From the NCBI GenBank assembly GCA_035687505.1, contig DASRWV010000087.1:7204-71203 (forward strand): 64,000 nt of DNA, given 5' to 3'. The notes beneath the pieces were generated by a model. The model was not told the origin of the DNA. It did not search any database and saw only the letters and a list, made by a program, of their open reading frames with translations. Positions 36,010 through 45,739 of the stretch are shown here, one piece after another. Numbering within the stretch: position 1 is the stretch's first letter; each line of letters begins with the position of its first letter. Source of the stretch: Nitrosotalea sp. GTDB lineage: Bacteria; Chloroflexota; Dormibacteria; Dormibacterales; Dormibacteraceae. A program made the position numbers and the translations under genes.

Positions 36010-37716
36010 ATGACGCGATCCTCGAAGATTCGTTCTTTCGGCGCGGTCTTGTGCGCAGCTGCCATAGCAGCGGCGTGCGGCCCGACGTCCACACCTTCGG
36101 AAGCGCTCGCCGCAGACCAGACCTATCGCTTCGGGATAACGGACGACGTCACCAGCATCGACCCCGGCCACGTAATTACGGCGGTAGACATCGTCGTCAT
36201 CTCTGAAGTGTTCACAGGGCTGTACAAATTCGACAACAACCTGAAGATCCAGCCTTCCGGCGCCACGGCTTTGCCAACAATCTCGCCCGACGGCAAGACC
36301 TGGACGTTCAACCTTCGGAAGGACATGGTGTTCTCCAACGGCGACAAGATCACCTCGGCTGACTGGGTCTACAGCTGGACCCGGACGCTTCGGCTCAACG
36401 ACGCGTACGCGAGCAACCTCGAACCGATCATGGGTGCCACCGACGTCGAGGCAGGCACCGCAACCAAGATCGCCGGACTTTCCGCGCCAGACGCCTACAC
36501 GCTCGTCGCCAAGCTCGTTGCGCCAGCCGGTTACTGGCTGACCGAGCTCGCCATGCCTGTCGCGACCGAGGTCGTGGACCAGAAGGTCATCACCGCGGCT
36601 GGTGAAGACACATGGACCAACTCTCCCTCGACCTACATCGGCAGTGGCCCGTTCAAGATGACCCAGCGCACCCCCAAGGCCGCGATGGACTTTCAGCCGG
36701 TCAAGAACTGGTGGGGCGGCGACACCGGGAAGCTGACCGCTGTCCACATCGATATCGGCCTCGACGACGTCTCCCGGGTCAAGAAGTTCGAGTCCGGCGG
36801 CTACGAGGTAGTCGGTCCGGCCAACAGCCAGCCCGGGCCCGACGACGTCCTCCGCTACAGGAACGACCCGATCAAGAGCAAGCTGCTGAACGTTTATGTT
36901 GGCGGCCGCACAACGGCCGTCGGCTTCAACTTCACCAAGGGCCCCTTCGCCCAGAAGCCTGGGGTCACTCCGGGCGACTCGACCGTCAACGCCAGCGACC
37001 CCGGCCTGGACGGCCGGAGGGCGTTCTCCATGGCGATCGACCGCGTCCAACTCGCCGACATCGCTTGCGCACACGCAGTCACCTGCCAGCCGGCGTACGG
37101 CGGGCCCATTACCAAGGGCTTCATTGCCTACGCTGGTGATAACACTGACACCTACGCCAAGTTCGACGCAGGGGCGGCCAAGGCCCTCTACACGAAATGG
37201 GACCCGGACGGCAGCAAGGTCAAGGGCCTCGAGTACCGCTACAACACGAGCGCCGGCAATACAAAGATCGCGACGAACCTACAGGCTCAGTGGAAGCAGA
37301 ACCTGGGCGTTGACGTCAAGCTCGTCCCGTCTGACTTCCCGACGCTCGTCAAGGACCGCCAGGGCAAGAAGACGATTATCTTCCGCGAGAGCTGGGGCAT
37401 CGACTACGACCATCCCCAGGACTGGTTCGACAACCTGTTCATCTGCTCGCAGGCCAAGGTCGGACGCGGCAACAACGAGGGGTACTGCAACCCCGCGCTG
37501 GACGCCATCGTTTCGGCTGCCAACGCTAAGCCGATCACCGACCCCGCGACGGTCGCCGAGTACAACAAAGCGAGCAAGATGATCGTCAACGACGTAGTTT
37601 GGGCGACGCTCTTTTACGGCACGCAGCCGTACTTGACCCAGACCTATGTCAGGGGCACCGGCTACAACGGCCTCTACGACTACAACTGGGAGGGCATCCG
37701 GCTCCTCCAGCACTAA
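36010..37716 (+). CDS. ABC transporter substrate-binding protein, family 5 (peptide/nickel, DppA/OppA-like)
   Basis: Signal/lipoprotein-like N-terminus (AAIAAACG). Family-5 fold. SD GAGGAGG upstream. Confidence 0.85.
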   Translation: MTRSSKIRSFGAVLCAAAIAAACGPTSTPSEALAADQTYRFGITDDVTSIDPGHVITAVDIVVISEVFTGLYKFDNNLKIQPSGATALPTISPDGKTWTFNLRKDMVFSNGDKITSADWVYSWTRTLRLNDAYASNLEPIMGATDVEAGTATKIAGLSAPDAYTLVAKLVAPAGYWLTELAMPVATEVVDQKVITAAGEDTWTNSPSTYIGSGPFKMTQRTPKAAMDFQPVKNWWGGDTGKLTAVHIDIGLDDVSRVKKFESGGYEVVGPANSQPGPDDVLRYRNDPIKSKLLNVYVGGRTTAVGFNFTKGPFAQKPGVTPGDSTVNASDPGLDGRRAFSMAIDRVQLADIACAHAVTCQPAYGGPITKGFIAYAGDNTDTYAKFDAGAAKALYTKWDPDGSKVKGLEYRYNTSAGNTKIATNLQAQWKQNLGVDVKLVPSDFPTLVKDRQGKKTIIFRESWGIDYDHPQDWFDNLFICSQAKVGRGNNEGYCNPALDAIVSAANAKPITDPATVAEYNKASKMIVNDVVWATLFYGTQPYLTQTYVRGTGYNGLYDYNWEGIRLLQH

Positions 37717-37740
37717 CCGGCGTCTTTCGTCGTCAAATGA

Positions 37741-37770
37741 GAGGGGGTTCGCCGTTTGGCGGACCCCCTC
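37741..37770 (+). terminator. Hairpin between the binding-protein and permease genes (intra-operon attenuator/terminator candidate)
   Basis: GAGGGGGTTCGCC-GTTT-GGCGGACCCCCTC forms a 13-bp stem (one G-U) and is followed by TGCTGTATCGTTT. Confidence 0.5.
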
Positions 37771-37795
37771 TGCTGTATCGTTTGGTCGGAGCTAA

Positions 37796-38746
37796 GTGAG
37801 TCGAGGCACCCTCGTCTACGCGACGCAGCGCCTGGTGCTGATCACCTTCACGGCCATTGTCGTGTCGTCCATCGTCTTCATTGGCGTCCACCAGCTGCCC
37901 GGCAATGCGATCGCGAGCGAGAAACGGCTCAACCCGGCCACCGAGGCGGCTCTGCTTCACCACTACCACCTGGACCTGCCCTGGCCGCAGCAGTACCTTC
38001 TGTGGCTGCAAGGCCTCGCCCACGGCGACCTCGGCGAATCGCTGGTCAACCAGGGCGTGGCGATTACCCCGCTCTTGACACGTGAGCTGAGAGTCAGCGT
38101 GACCCTCGGCCTCGCCGCGGTCGTGGTGACCGTCGTCGTGGGCATGTCGCTCGGAGTCCTGGCCGCGATCAGGCAGAACACATGGGTGGATTACACCGCT
38201 TCGACCGCGGCGGTAATCGGTTACAGCGTGCCCAGTTTCGTGTGGGCCTTCCTTCTCATCCTGCTCACCGTCACCGGCTTCTATGCCTGGAGCCAAGGGC
38301 AGATCTACGAGGACATCGGCTGGGGAAAGATCGAGCAGATCCCGGTCCCGGCGTTCGCGCTTGGCCTACCCTACGCCGCCATCGTCGCCAGACTGACGAG
38401 GGCCAGCATGCTGGAGGTGATCCGCCAGGACTACGTGCGCACCGCCTGGGCGAAAGGCCTGAGTGCCCGCGTTGTGATCCTGCGCCACGCTTTGCGGAAT
38501 GCCCTCATCCCGGTGGCCACAATCCTCGGCCCGCTGATCACGGGCATCATCACCGGGTCGGTGGTGATCGAGTTCCTGTTTGGCATTCCCGGGCTGGGCA
38601 AGGAGTTCGTCACCAGCATACTGAGCCGGGACTACAACATCGTGATCGGCGTGTTCACCTTCTACGCGGCGCTTGTCGGCCTGGCGAACTTGATCGTCGA
38701 CTTGCTTTACCCGATACTCGACCCGCGGATACGCTATGGAAACTAA
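37796..38746 (+). CDS. ABC transporter permease (DppB/OppB-like)
   Basis: 316 aa, BPD-transporter type, with an EAA-like loop (RTAWAKGLSARVVILRHALRNALIP). Confidence 0.85.
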   Translation: MSRGTLVYATQRLVLITFTAIVVSSIVFIGVHQLPGNAIASEKRLNPATEAALLHHYHLDLPWPQQYLLWLQGLAHGDLGESLVNQGVAITPLLTRELRVSVTLGLAAVVVTVVVGMSLGVLAAIRQNTWVDYTASTAAVIGYSVPSFVWAFLLILLTVTGFYAWSQGQIYEDIGWGKIEQIPVPAFALGLPYAAIVARLTRASMLEVIRQDYVRTAWAKGLSARVVILRHALRNALIPVATILGPLITGIITGSVVIEFLFGIPGLGKEFVTSILSRDYNIVIGVFTFYAALVGLANLIVDLLYPILDPRIRYGN

Positions 38747-38753
38747 CTAAGAG

Positions 38754-39671
38754 ATGGCAACAGTAGTCCCGACTGCTCTCGAAATACCCGAGGAGCTCCA
38801 CGTCATCGGGGCCGACGACCTGCCGGAGCAGGTGACCCTGTGGCAGGACGCCTGGCGCCGGCTGACGCGGAACCGCCTGTCGGTCATCGGGCTTGTGATC
38901 ATCGGGACATTCATCGTCATTGCCCTTGTCTCCTTTGTCTGGACCCCTTATCCGATCTGGAAGCAGGCACTGGGACCGACCTATCAGGGTCCGAGCTTGA
39001 TCCATCCATTCGGCCTCGACGACTACGGCCGCGACATCCTGAGCCGCGTCATGGGGGGTGCTGGGATCGCGCTGGCGGTGGGCGTCGGCGCGAGCCTGCT
39101 CGCCTCGATCATCGGAATCGTTCTCGGCCTGACCGCGGGCTTCTACCGAGGCAAGATCGACGTGGCCATCTCGCTTCTGATCAACATCTCCTACGGTGTG
39201 CCGGACCTGCTCATCGCGTTGATCCTCGTGGTGCTGATCGGGCGCGGCATCCAGAACATCATCCTGGCGATCTCGATCACCGCTTGGCTGGGGATGGCGC
39301 GCCTGGTCCGTGGACAGACCATGAGCCTCCGCGAGCGTGACTTTGTCGAGGCCGCGCGTTCGATCGGCACGAAGAACGTCCAGATCCTGGCCCGCCACAT
39401 CCTGCCCAACGCACTTGGCCCGATCGTCGTCCAGGCCACCTATCTGGTGCCGGCCGCGATTATCTTCGAAGCCTTCCTGAGCCTGCTGGGCATGGGCGTC
39501 CCGCCCCCAGCACCGAGCTGGGGCAGCATGGCCAGCGAGGGCTACAAGGCGATTCAGATCGCGCCGCATATCGTGCTTGCGCCTTGCATAGCCCTGTCCT
39601 TGACTGTGCTCGCCTTCAACTGGGTGGGGGATGGGCTTCGAGACGCGATCGACCCGAGGATGCGCAGATAG
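38754..39671 (+). CDS. ABC transporter permease (DppC/OppC-like)
   Basis: 305 aa with an N-terminal OppC-type region and an EAA-like loop (EAARSIGTKNVQILARHILPNALGP). Confidence 0.85.
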   Translation: MATVVPTALEIPEELHVIGADDLPEQVTLWQDAWRRLTRNRLSVIGLVIIGTFIVIALVSFVWTPYPIWKQALGPTYQGPSLIHPFGLDDYGRDILSRVMGGAGIALAVGVGASLLASIIGIVLGLTAGFYRGKIDVAISLLINISYGVPDLLIALILVVLIGRGIQNIILAISITAWLGMARLVRGQTMSLRERDFVEAARSIGTKNVQILARHILPNALGPIVVQATYLVPAAIIFEAFLSLLGMGVPPPAPSWGSMASEGYKAIQIAPHIVLAPCIALSLTVLAFNWVGDGLRDAIDPRMRR

Positions 39672-40675
39672 CCGCTCCTCTGCTCGAGGTCAAGAATCTA
39701 ACTACGGAGTTCGGCAACTCAGCCGGGCGCGTGCGCGCCGTCGACGGGATCAGCTTCGACATGGACCGAGGCGAGACGCTGGGCATCGTCGGGGAGTCGG
39801 GCAGCGGCAAATCCATGACCGCGCTGTCGATCCTCAACCTCGTCCCCGAACCCGGGAAGATCACCGGCGGCAAGATCCTGTTCAAGAATCGCGACGTCGT
39901 GACAATGACGTCGGGCGAGCTGCTCGAGTATCGGGGCGGCGACGTGGCGATGATCTTCCAGGATCCGATGACCTCGCTCAACCCTGTCCTGCGCGTGGGT
40001 TTTCAGATCGAGGAAGCGATGCGTGCGCACTCGCGCTTCGACAAGAAGCAAGCACGTGACCGAGTGGTCCCTCTGCTGGAGCGCGTGCGCATACCGTCAC
40101 CGAAGCAGCGCGCACGCGACTTTCCGCACCAGTTCAGCGGAGGTATGCGCCAGCGCGCGATGATCGCCATGGGACTATCGAACGAGCCCTCTCTGCTCAT
40201 CGCTGACGAGCCAACTACGGCGCTCGACGTGACAGTGCAGGCGCAGATCCTGGAGCTCTTGAAGGATCTCAACCGCGAGTTGGGGACGGCCATTATCCTG
40301 ATCAGCCACAACGTCTCCGTGATCTCCAGCCTCTGCACCCGCGTCATGGTGATGTACGCCGGCCGGATCGTTGAGTCGGGGCCGACTCGGCAGGTGTTCG
40401 ATCATCCTCAGCACCCATACACGTGGTCGCTGCTGCGCTCGGTGCCGCGCCCCGACGAGCGCCGGCATGAGAGGCTGGTCAGCATCCAGGGCATGCCGCC
40501 GGACCTTTCTCGGCTGCCGACGGGCTGCACGTTCCACCCTCGCTGTGAGTTCAAGGTCGAACGGTGCACTCGCGAGGAGCCGCCGCTGGAGGAGGTCGGT
40601 CCTGCGCAGGACGCCCGTTGCTGGGTGCTGATGAAGAACGTCTCCCAAGAGTCGCGCGAAGCGGTCAAGAAATGA
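39584..40675 (+). CDS. ABC transporter ATP-binding protein (DppD/OppD-like)
   Basis: Walker A GESGSGKS, signature FSGGMRQR, Walker [14 protein letters not shown]-terminal oligopeptide domain. Start uncertain: ATG 39584 would overlap the permease gene by 88 nt. Confidence 0.85.
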   Translation: MHSPVLDCARLQLGGGWASRRDRPEDAQIAAPLLEVKNLTTEFGNSAGRVRAVDGISFDMDRGETLGIVGESGSGKSMTALSILNLVPEPGKITGGKILFKNRDVVTMTSGELLEYRGGDVAMIFQDPMTSLNPVLRVGFQIEEAMRAHSRFDKKQARDRVVPLLERVRIPSPKQRARDFPHQFSGGMRQRAMIAMGLSNEPSLLIADEPTTALDVTVQAQILELLKDLNRELGTAIILISHNVSVISSLCTRVMVMYAGRIVESGPTRQVFDHPQHPYTWSLLRSVPRPDERRHERLVSIQGMPPDLSRLPTGCTFHPRCEFKVERCTREEPPLEEVGPAQDARCWVLMKNVSQESREAVKK

Positions 40676-41682
40676 GCCAGCCTCTGGCCGTGGTCCCCAA
40701 GCCCACTGGCGGGCCGCTGGTCAGGGTCGTCGATGTCACCAAGCACTTTCCGACCGGAGGCACGTTCGGCCGCGGCGCGGTGGTCCGGGCCGTGGACGGA
40801 GTGAGCTTCGACATCGCGCCGGGCGAGACCCTTGGACTGGTGGGCGAGTCGGGATGTGGAAAGTCCACGCTGGGGCGCGTGATCATGCAGCTGCAGCCGG
40901 CCACGTCCGGCTCGATCCAGTTCGAGGGTCGGGAGCTCACCAAGATGCACGGGAACGAGCTGCGCATGGTGAGGCAGCGGATGCAGATCATCTTCCAGGA
41001 TCCATACGCATCCCTCAACCCGAGGATGACGATCGGCGACATCGTCGCCGAGCCCCTGCAGAACTTCGGCCTTGGCAACAAGCGAGACCGCGAGAAGCGT
41101 GTGCAAGAGGTGATGCGGGTCTGCGGGCTCAATCCCAATTTCACGAACCGCTATCCGCACGAGTTCTCTGGTGGCCAGAGGCAGCGTATCGGGATCGCCC
41201 GCGCGCTGGTCCTCACGCCGAGCCTCATCGTCGCCGACGAGCCCATCTCCGCTCTTGACGTATCGATCCAGGCGCAGATCGTGAATCTGCTCGAGGATCT
41301 CCAGGACGAGTTCAAGCTGACCTATCTGTTCATCGCCCACGACCTCTCGGTGGTGCGCCATGTCAGCGACCGGGTGGCGGTCATGTACCTCGGCAAGATC
41401 GTCGAGATCGCGACGAGCCGGGACGTTTACGACACCCCGCTCCATCCTTATACGAAGGTCCTGCTGAGCTCGATCCCGAACCCAAACCCTGAGATCGAGG
41501 CGAGCCGCAAGCCCATCCTGCTGAAGGGCGAGATCCCGTCGCCGATCAACCCGCCGAGCGGATGCCGCTTCCACACGCGATGCCCGATCGCGCAGCTGCC
41601 GATCTGCTCCGAGGTCGAGCCGCCGCTGGAGATGAAGGCCAACGGGCACGTCGCGGCGTGCCACTTCGCCGGGAAACTCTAA
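40672..41682 (+). CDS. ABC transporter ATP-binding protein (DppF/OppF-like)
   Basis: ATGA overlap with the upstream stop. [29 protein letters not shown]. Confidence 0.9.
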   Translation: MSQPLAVVPKPTGGPLVRVVDVTKHFPTGGTFGRGAVVRAVDGVSFDIAPGETLGLVGESGCGKSTLGRVIMQLQPATSGSIQFEGRELTKMHGNELRMVRQRMQIIFQDPYASLNPRMTIGDIVAEPLQNFGLGNKRDREKRVQEVMRVCGLNPNFTNRYPHEFSGGQRQRIGIARALVLTPSLIVADEPISALDVSIQAQIVNLLEDLQDEFKLTYLFIAHDLSVVRHVSDRVAVMYLGKIVEIATSRDVYDTPLHPYTKVLLSSIPNPNPEIEASRKPILLKGEIPSPINPPSGCRFHTRCPIAQLPICSEVEPPLEMKANGHVAACHFAGKL

Positions 41683-41740
41683 GGGAGAGGTTGTTCCCTC
41701 TCCCCTTCAGGGGAGAGGGGTGGGGGGAGAGGGGCAAGGG
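41683..41740 (+). repeat. REP-like G/C-run hairpin element (GGGAGAGG / CCCTCTCCCC / GGGGAGAGGG)
   Basis: CCCTCTCCCC (41696-41705) can pair either with GGGAGAGG (41683-41690) or with GGGGAGAGGG (41710-41719). Followed by GTGGGGGGAGAGGGG. Confidence 0.7.
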
Positions 41741-41762
41741 AAGAGGCTGCTAGGGACTGTCT

Positions 41763-43394
41763 CTAGTGCTTCAGAATCCGCGCGTTTGTCCATGAGAAGT
41801 CGTACAGCGCGTTGCCGCCCACGCCCAGCACGTACGAGTGGACGAGGTACTGCTGCACGCCGTAGAGGAGCGGCGCGTAGATCGAATCGTCGATCAGCAT
41901 GTGGCCCACAGTCTTGTAGTCGGCCAGGCCGTCTTTGAGCGGCCCAGCGTCGGCAAGGCTTACAAACTTGTCGACTCGGGGGTCTGAATAGCACGACCCC
42001 GATGACGGGGCCCCGGTGACGAACAGGTAATCGAACCAGTCCTGGGGATGGTCGTAGTCGGCGCTCCAGCTCTGGCGGAACATCGGGTACGCGCACTTGC
42101 CATTGCGGTTATCGAAGAAAGTCTTCCGATCGACGTCCACGCAGGTGACCGTGACGCCGAGATTCTTTTTCCACTGCGCCGAAAGGTTGTCGCATACCGC
42201 TTTGTTGAATGGGTTTGTGTCATAGCTGTACGTGAGCCCTTTCACTTTCGTGCCGTTCGGGTCCCACGCCAGGTATTGCGTCTTCGCCGCGGCCGCGTCG
42301 AACTTTGCGTTGCTGTCGGCATCGTCGCCGACATAGCCCTGTAGTCCCTTGCTGATCAACCCGCCGGTCGCGAGGGCACACGCCGTCTTCTGGTTGCAGA
42401 GCGCGTCGACAAGCGCGTTGCGGTCGATAGCGGTGCTGAACGCGTGGCGCCCCGGCCGCCCCGCGTCGATGTCGGCGAACGGTCCGCTGCGCAGGTTGAA
42501 GCCGACCCAGAAGGTGAGGCCGATCGGCACGAGGTTGAGCTGGCTCTTGAGGGTGGCATCCGAGGTGTACCGCGTCGCCGCGGCCGGAGGCAGTCCCTGG
42601 CGTCCGTAACCGACGAGGCTGAACGCGCCGGACTCGTACTGGGACACCTGGGCGACAGGGTCCGCGATGACTTCCAGGTGCACCCGCGTCAGCTTGCCGG
42701 TCGACCCCCCGTACCAATCGGGGACCGGCTGGAAGTCCATCGACTGGCCCGGTGCGCGAGCGGTCATGCGAAAAGGTCCGCTTCCGATGAGCGTCTCGGG
42801 TTTGCTGAACCATGCGTTCTCACCCGCTGACGCGACGACTTTCTGGTCGACCACCCAGAAAGGCCACAGACCCAAAAGGGTCGTGAAATAGCCCGCGCGC
42901 TTGGTCAGGGTGGCGGTGAAGGTGTAATCGTCTGTCTTGACGAGCCCGCTCATCTGGCTGGCCCGCCCCGACGCGACCGGGTCATAGCCGGCGACGATGT
43001 TGAACAGCCCCGCGTAGTCGCCCTGCTTTGCAGCTGCGCGATTCCAGCTGTAGATGAAGTCGTCCGCAGTGATGGCGTCGCCGTTGGAGAAGTGCGCGTT
43101 GCGACGCAGATGAAAGGTATAGGTGCGGCCGTCGTCGGACATCGCCGGTGGGTCAGTGGCCAGGTCTGGTAGCACGTGCAGCTGGCTGTCGAATTTGTAG
43201 AGGCCCGAGAAGACGTTGCGGAAGATGTCCACCTCCGCCGCGGTCGAGATGAGCGCGGGATCGAGGTCGGAGATGTCCGTTGCTATGGGAAAGCTCAGCG
43301 TCTGGTCCGCCGCCAGCGGCTCCGGAGGTGGTGGGGAGCTGGTCGGTTTGCCGACGATGAGCACGAGCAGGAGCGCGATCAGCGCGATTGCCAC
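41763..43394 (-). CDS. Second family-5 ABC substrate-binding protein, TM-anchored (true start probably upstream of 43394)
   Basis: Paralog of the 36010 protein (PLAADQTLSFPIATDISDLDPA vs ALAADQTYRFGITDDVTSIDPG). The GTG 43394 start would leave the signal anchor without a charged n-region. Confidence 0.8.
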   Translation of the reverse strand: MAIALIALLLVLIVGKPTSSPPPPEPLAADQTLSFPIATDISDLDPALISTAAEVDIFRNVFSGLYKFDSQLHVLPDLATDPPAMSDDGRTYTFHLRRNAHFSNGDAITADDFIYSWNRAAAKQGDYAGLFNIVAGYDPVASGRASQMSGLVKTDDYTFTATLTKRAGYFTTLLGLWPFWVVDQKVVASAGENAWFSKPETLIGSGPFRMTARAPGQSMDFQPVPDWYGGSTGKLTRVHLEVIADPVAQVSQYESGAFSLVGYGRQGLPPAAATRYTSDATLKSQLNLVPIGLTFWVGFNLRSGPFADIDAGRPGRHAFSTAIDRNALVDALCNQKTACALATGGLISKGLQGYVGDDADSNAKFDAAAAKTQYLAWDPNGTKVKGLTYSYDTNPFNKAVCDNLSAQWKKNLGVTVTCVDVDRKTFFDNRNGKCAYPMFRQSWSADYDHPQDWFDYLFVTGAPSSGSCYSDPRVDKFVSLADAGPLKDGLADYKTVGHMLIDDSIYAPLLYGVQQYLVHSYVLGVGGNALYDFSWTNARILKH

Positions 43395-43697
43395 CCCTGC
43401 GGCCGCGGGGCGGTAATGGCGCAGCCCTGAACGGGCCGGAGGCGGCGGTGCCGCCGGAGCCTCGGGCTCAACTGGTGCCGCGGCCTCCTCGGGCTCGGGC
43501 GGCGGGGCAGGCTCTTCGAGTTGAGTCGGCAGAGCGCCTTCCTCGGGCTCAGGCGTTGGGACTGCCTCCGCGGGTTCAGCCGGCGGAGCCGGCTCTTCAG
43601 GCTCGGGAGGTGCCGGTGGCTCGTTGAGCTCAGCAGCCGGCGCCGGCTCTTCGGGCTCGGGAGGCGGGGTCGGGGCCTTGGGATCAGACAGTGAGGA
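43395..43697 (-). repeat. In-frame Pro/Glu-rich repeat tract upstream of the binding-protein ORF
   Basis: About 100 open codons in the same frame as 41763..43394 encode four P-x-P-(P)-EPEE units. No ATG/GTG/TTG in frame. Confidence 0.6.
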
Positions 43698-44670
43698 TCA
43701 CCTTGCCCGTGCTCTTGCCTTCTGCCACTGTCGCGAGCGCGCGGGGCGCCTGGCTGAGCGGAAGTCGGGTCCCGATGTAAGTCTTGATCTTGCCCGCTTC
43801 GCAAAGGTCGAGAAGAGCCTTCATCGCGGGCGGAATGAGTTCGGGTGCGCGTTTTGCGTACAGCCCCCAGTGGAGCCCGACGACGGAGTAGTTCTTGATC
43901 AGAACGTGGTTGGCGGCGGCCTGGGGAATGCGGCCACTCGTAAAGCCGACGATGACGATCCTGCCCTCGAACGCGATGCATTTCGTCGAGCGGTCGTAAA
44001 CATCGCCGCCGATCGGGTCGAACACCACGTCGGCGCCGCGACCTCCGGTGATCTTCTTGACCTCCTCCACGAAGTCCTGCGTCTTGTAGTTCACCGCGTG
44101 GTCTGCGCCCAGCTTGCGGCAGACCTCGACTTTCGCATCCGAACCTGCGGTCGCGATCACAGTCGCCCCGGCGGCTTTGCCGAGCTGTATCGCAGCGCTG
44201 CCGACCCCGCCCGCCCCGGCGTGAACGAGGAGCGTTTCGCCGGCCTGGAGGTTGGCCCGGCGATGGAGCCCGAACCAGCCGGTCTGGAAGATCAAGGTGA
44301 AGCCCGCCGCCTCTTCGAACGGCAAGCTGTCAGGGATGCGAGTGACCGTGCCTGGTTCAGCATCGGCGATCTCTGAGTAGCCGCCCCGAGTCAGACCGGT
44401 GTGGTCGACCAGTGCCATGACGCGATCACCTGCTTTGAATCCGGATGCAGACGGCGCGCTGACCACCTCGCCGCTCACCTCCACGCCAGGGACGAATGGG
44501 AGCTCAGGCTTTACCTGGTAGAGCCCGGCGACCATGAGCGCGTCGGGGAAGTTGATCGCAGCCGCGCGCACCTTGATGCGCACTATGCCGTCAGCCGGCT
44601 TACCTGGATCGATCTCCTCCAGGCGAAGGGATTCCGGCCCGCCGAGCTCCCGAACGACCCAGGCTTTCAC
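43684..44670 (-). CDS. qor: NADPH:quinone oxidoreductase (zinc-type MDR family)
   Basis: MKAWVVRELGGPESLRLEEI...AAINFPD...HAGAGGVGSAAIQLGKA. Confidence 0.8.
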   Translation of the reverse strand: MKAWVVRELGGPESLRLEEIDPGKPADGIVRIKVRAAAINFPDALMVAGLYQVKPELPFVPGVEVSGEVVSAPSASGFKAGDRVMALVDHTGLTRGGYSEIADAEPGTVTRIPDSLPFEEAAGFTLIFQTGWFGLHRRANLQAGETLLVHAGAGGVGSAAIQLGKAAGATVIATAGSDAKVEVCRKLGADHAVNYKTQDFVEEVKKITGGRGADVVFDPIGGDVYDRSTKCIAFEGRIVIVGFTSGRIPQAAANHVLIKNYSVVGLHWGLYAKRAPELIPPAMKALLDLCEAGKIKTYIGTRLPLSQAPRALATVAEGKSTGKVILTV

Positions 44671-44861
44671 CGGGGGAAGGCTACAGCGCCGGATCGGGCC
44701 GGCGCAAAAGTGATTGGTGGCATGCCGGCGCCCTGGACAGTGACATTAGTGCCGGTTTGGTCGTATCCCGGGCTCCGTATACAGCCATTCCTGCGCACTT
44801 GGCGGGGCTAACGGTTATGTGCTTGAGGCCTCAAGCTGGAAATTGGGACAATCACCAGGTA

Positions 44862-44938
44862 GCCGGCGTAGCTCAGCTTGGCAGAGCAACGGTCTTTTAA
44901 ACCGATGGTCCAGGGTTCAAATCCCTGCGCCGGCACCA
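44862..44938 (+). tRNA. tRNA-Lys (anticodon UUU), CCA encoded
   Basis: Acceptor GCCGGCG/CGCCGGC, D-arm GCTC..GAGC, anticodon loop CTTTTAA, T-arm CAGGG-TTCAAAT-CCCTG, discriminator A, then CCA. One A-A mismatch at position 27:43. Confidence 0.9.
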
Positions 44939-45005
44939 ATTTGTAAACAATGCGGGCGCCGAAAAAACGTGTGGAAAACCGCTGATCATCCGGGAGAATA
45001 GCCGC

Positions 45006-45716
45006 GTGCGCTGGGCTCCCGCCCTCATCTGGACCACCGTTGCGGTGTTCATCGCCGCGCTGTTCTGCCAGTTCGTCGGATGGGAAACAGCTCGGAGCGT
45101 GATCCTCATCGCATGGGTGGCATTCATCCTCGCGGTCTTCATGACACGTGGGATGCGCTGGACCGGCGTGCTCACATACATGTCGGCGGCCGCTCTGCTG
45201 GGCGCCGTAATCAGCCAGGTCGCCGGCTGGACTTCCGTTCGCGGCTGGTTCCTCCTCGCGTGGGCGGCGCTCCTTCTGCCTGTGGCGATCGCGCTCTTCA
45301 GTCACCCGATGCGGGGACCGGCCTGGGGCATGTTCGTGGGCTTCTTTGGTGTAGTTGGGACCGTCTGGCTGATCGTGCTCCAGCTCTTCGCGGTCGCGGG
45401 ACTGCTGAGCGGAGAGGCCTACCGCGGGTGGTCGGCGTGGCCGCTCGTACTCATTGCGATCTGGTTCGTGGTCGCCTCAGCCATTGGATTCGGCGCCGAG
45501 CGTTTCCCACGCTGGGTCGACGGGCTTGGCCTGCTTGCCGGAGTAGGGCTGCTCGCGATCAGTGTTTCGACCTGGACCGGCGCACCGGCCGAAGGGCCGG
45601 GACTGTTCGCGGCAGTCACGTATTGCCTGTGGGTTGCCGGCCTGGGCTGGGTTTGCTGGGGAACGGAGGACGTGAGCCACCGGTTCCGCGGACTCTCGCT
45701 GGAGCACACCTTCTGA
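45006..45716 (+). CDS. Polytopic membrane protein, function unknown
   Basis: 236 aa with about 7 hydrophobic segments. GTG start. Confidence 0.5.
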   Translation: MRWAPALIWTTVAVFIAALFCQFVGWETARSVILIAWVAFILAVFMTRGMRWTGVLTYMSAAALLGAVISQVAGWTSVRGWFLLAWAALLLPVAIALFSHPMRGPAWGMFVGFFGVVGTVWLIVLQLFAVAGLLSGEAYRGWSAWPLVLIAIWFVVASAIGFGAERFPRWVDGLGLLAGVGLLAISVSTWTGAPAEGPGLFAAVTYCLWVAGLGWVCWGTEDVSHRFRGLSLEHTF

Positions 45717-45739
45717 ACCAGGCTTAGACTCGCGTCGGA

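Noticed and set aside
41546-41753. Small ORFs (62-63 aa) encoding GEGWGERG-like peptides.
   Set aside because: They are translations of the REP-like G/C-run hairpin element on both strands. The same applies to the N-terminal extension of the cyclase ORF across 48489-48530.
43379-43981. 200-aa Arg/Pro/Ser-rich minus-strand ORF covering the Pro/Glu repeat tract in another frame.
   Set aside because: It would have to start inside qor. Its composition is a frame-shifted reading of the repeat. The frame continuous with the binding protein is the one showing synonymous variation.
44808-45305. 165-aa minus-strand ORF.
   Set aside because: It runs antisense through the tRNA-Lys gene and through the start of a plus-strand membrane-protein gene. 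No motifs were seen.
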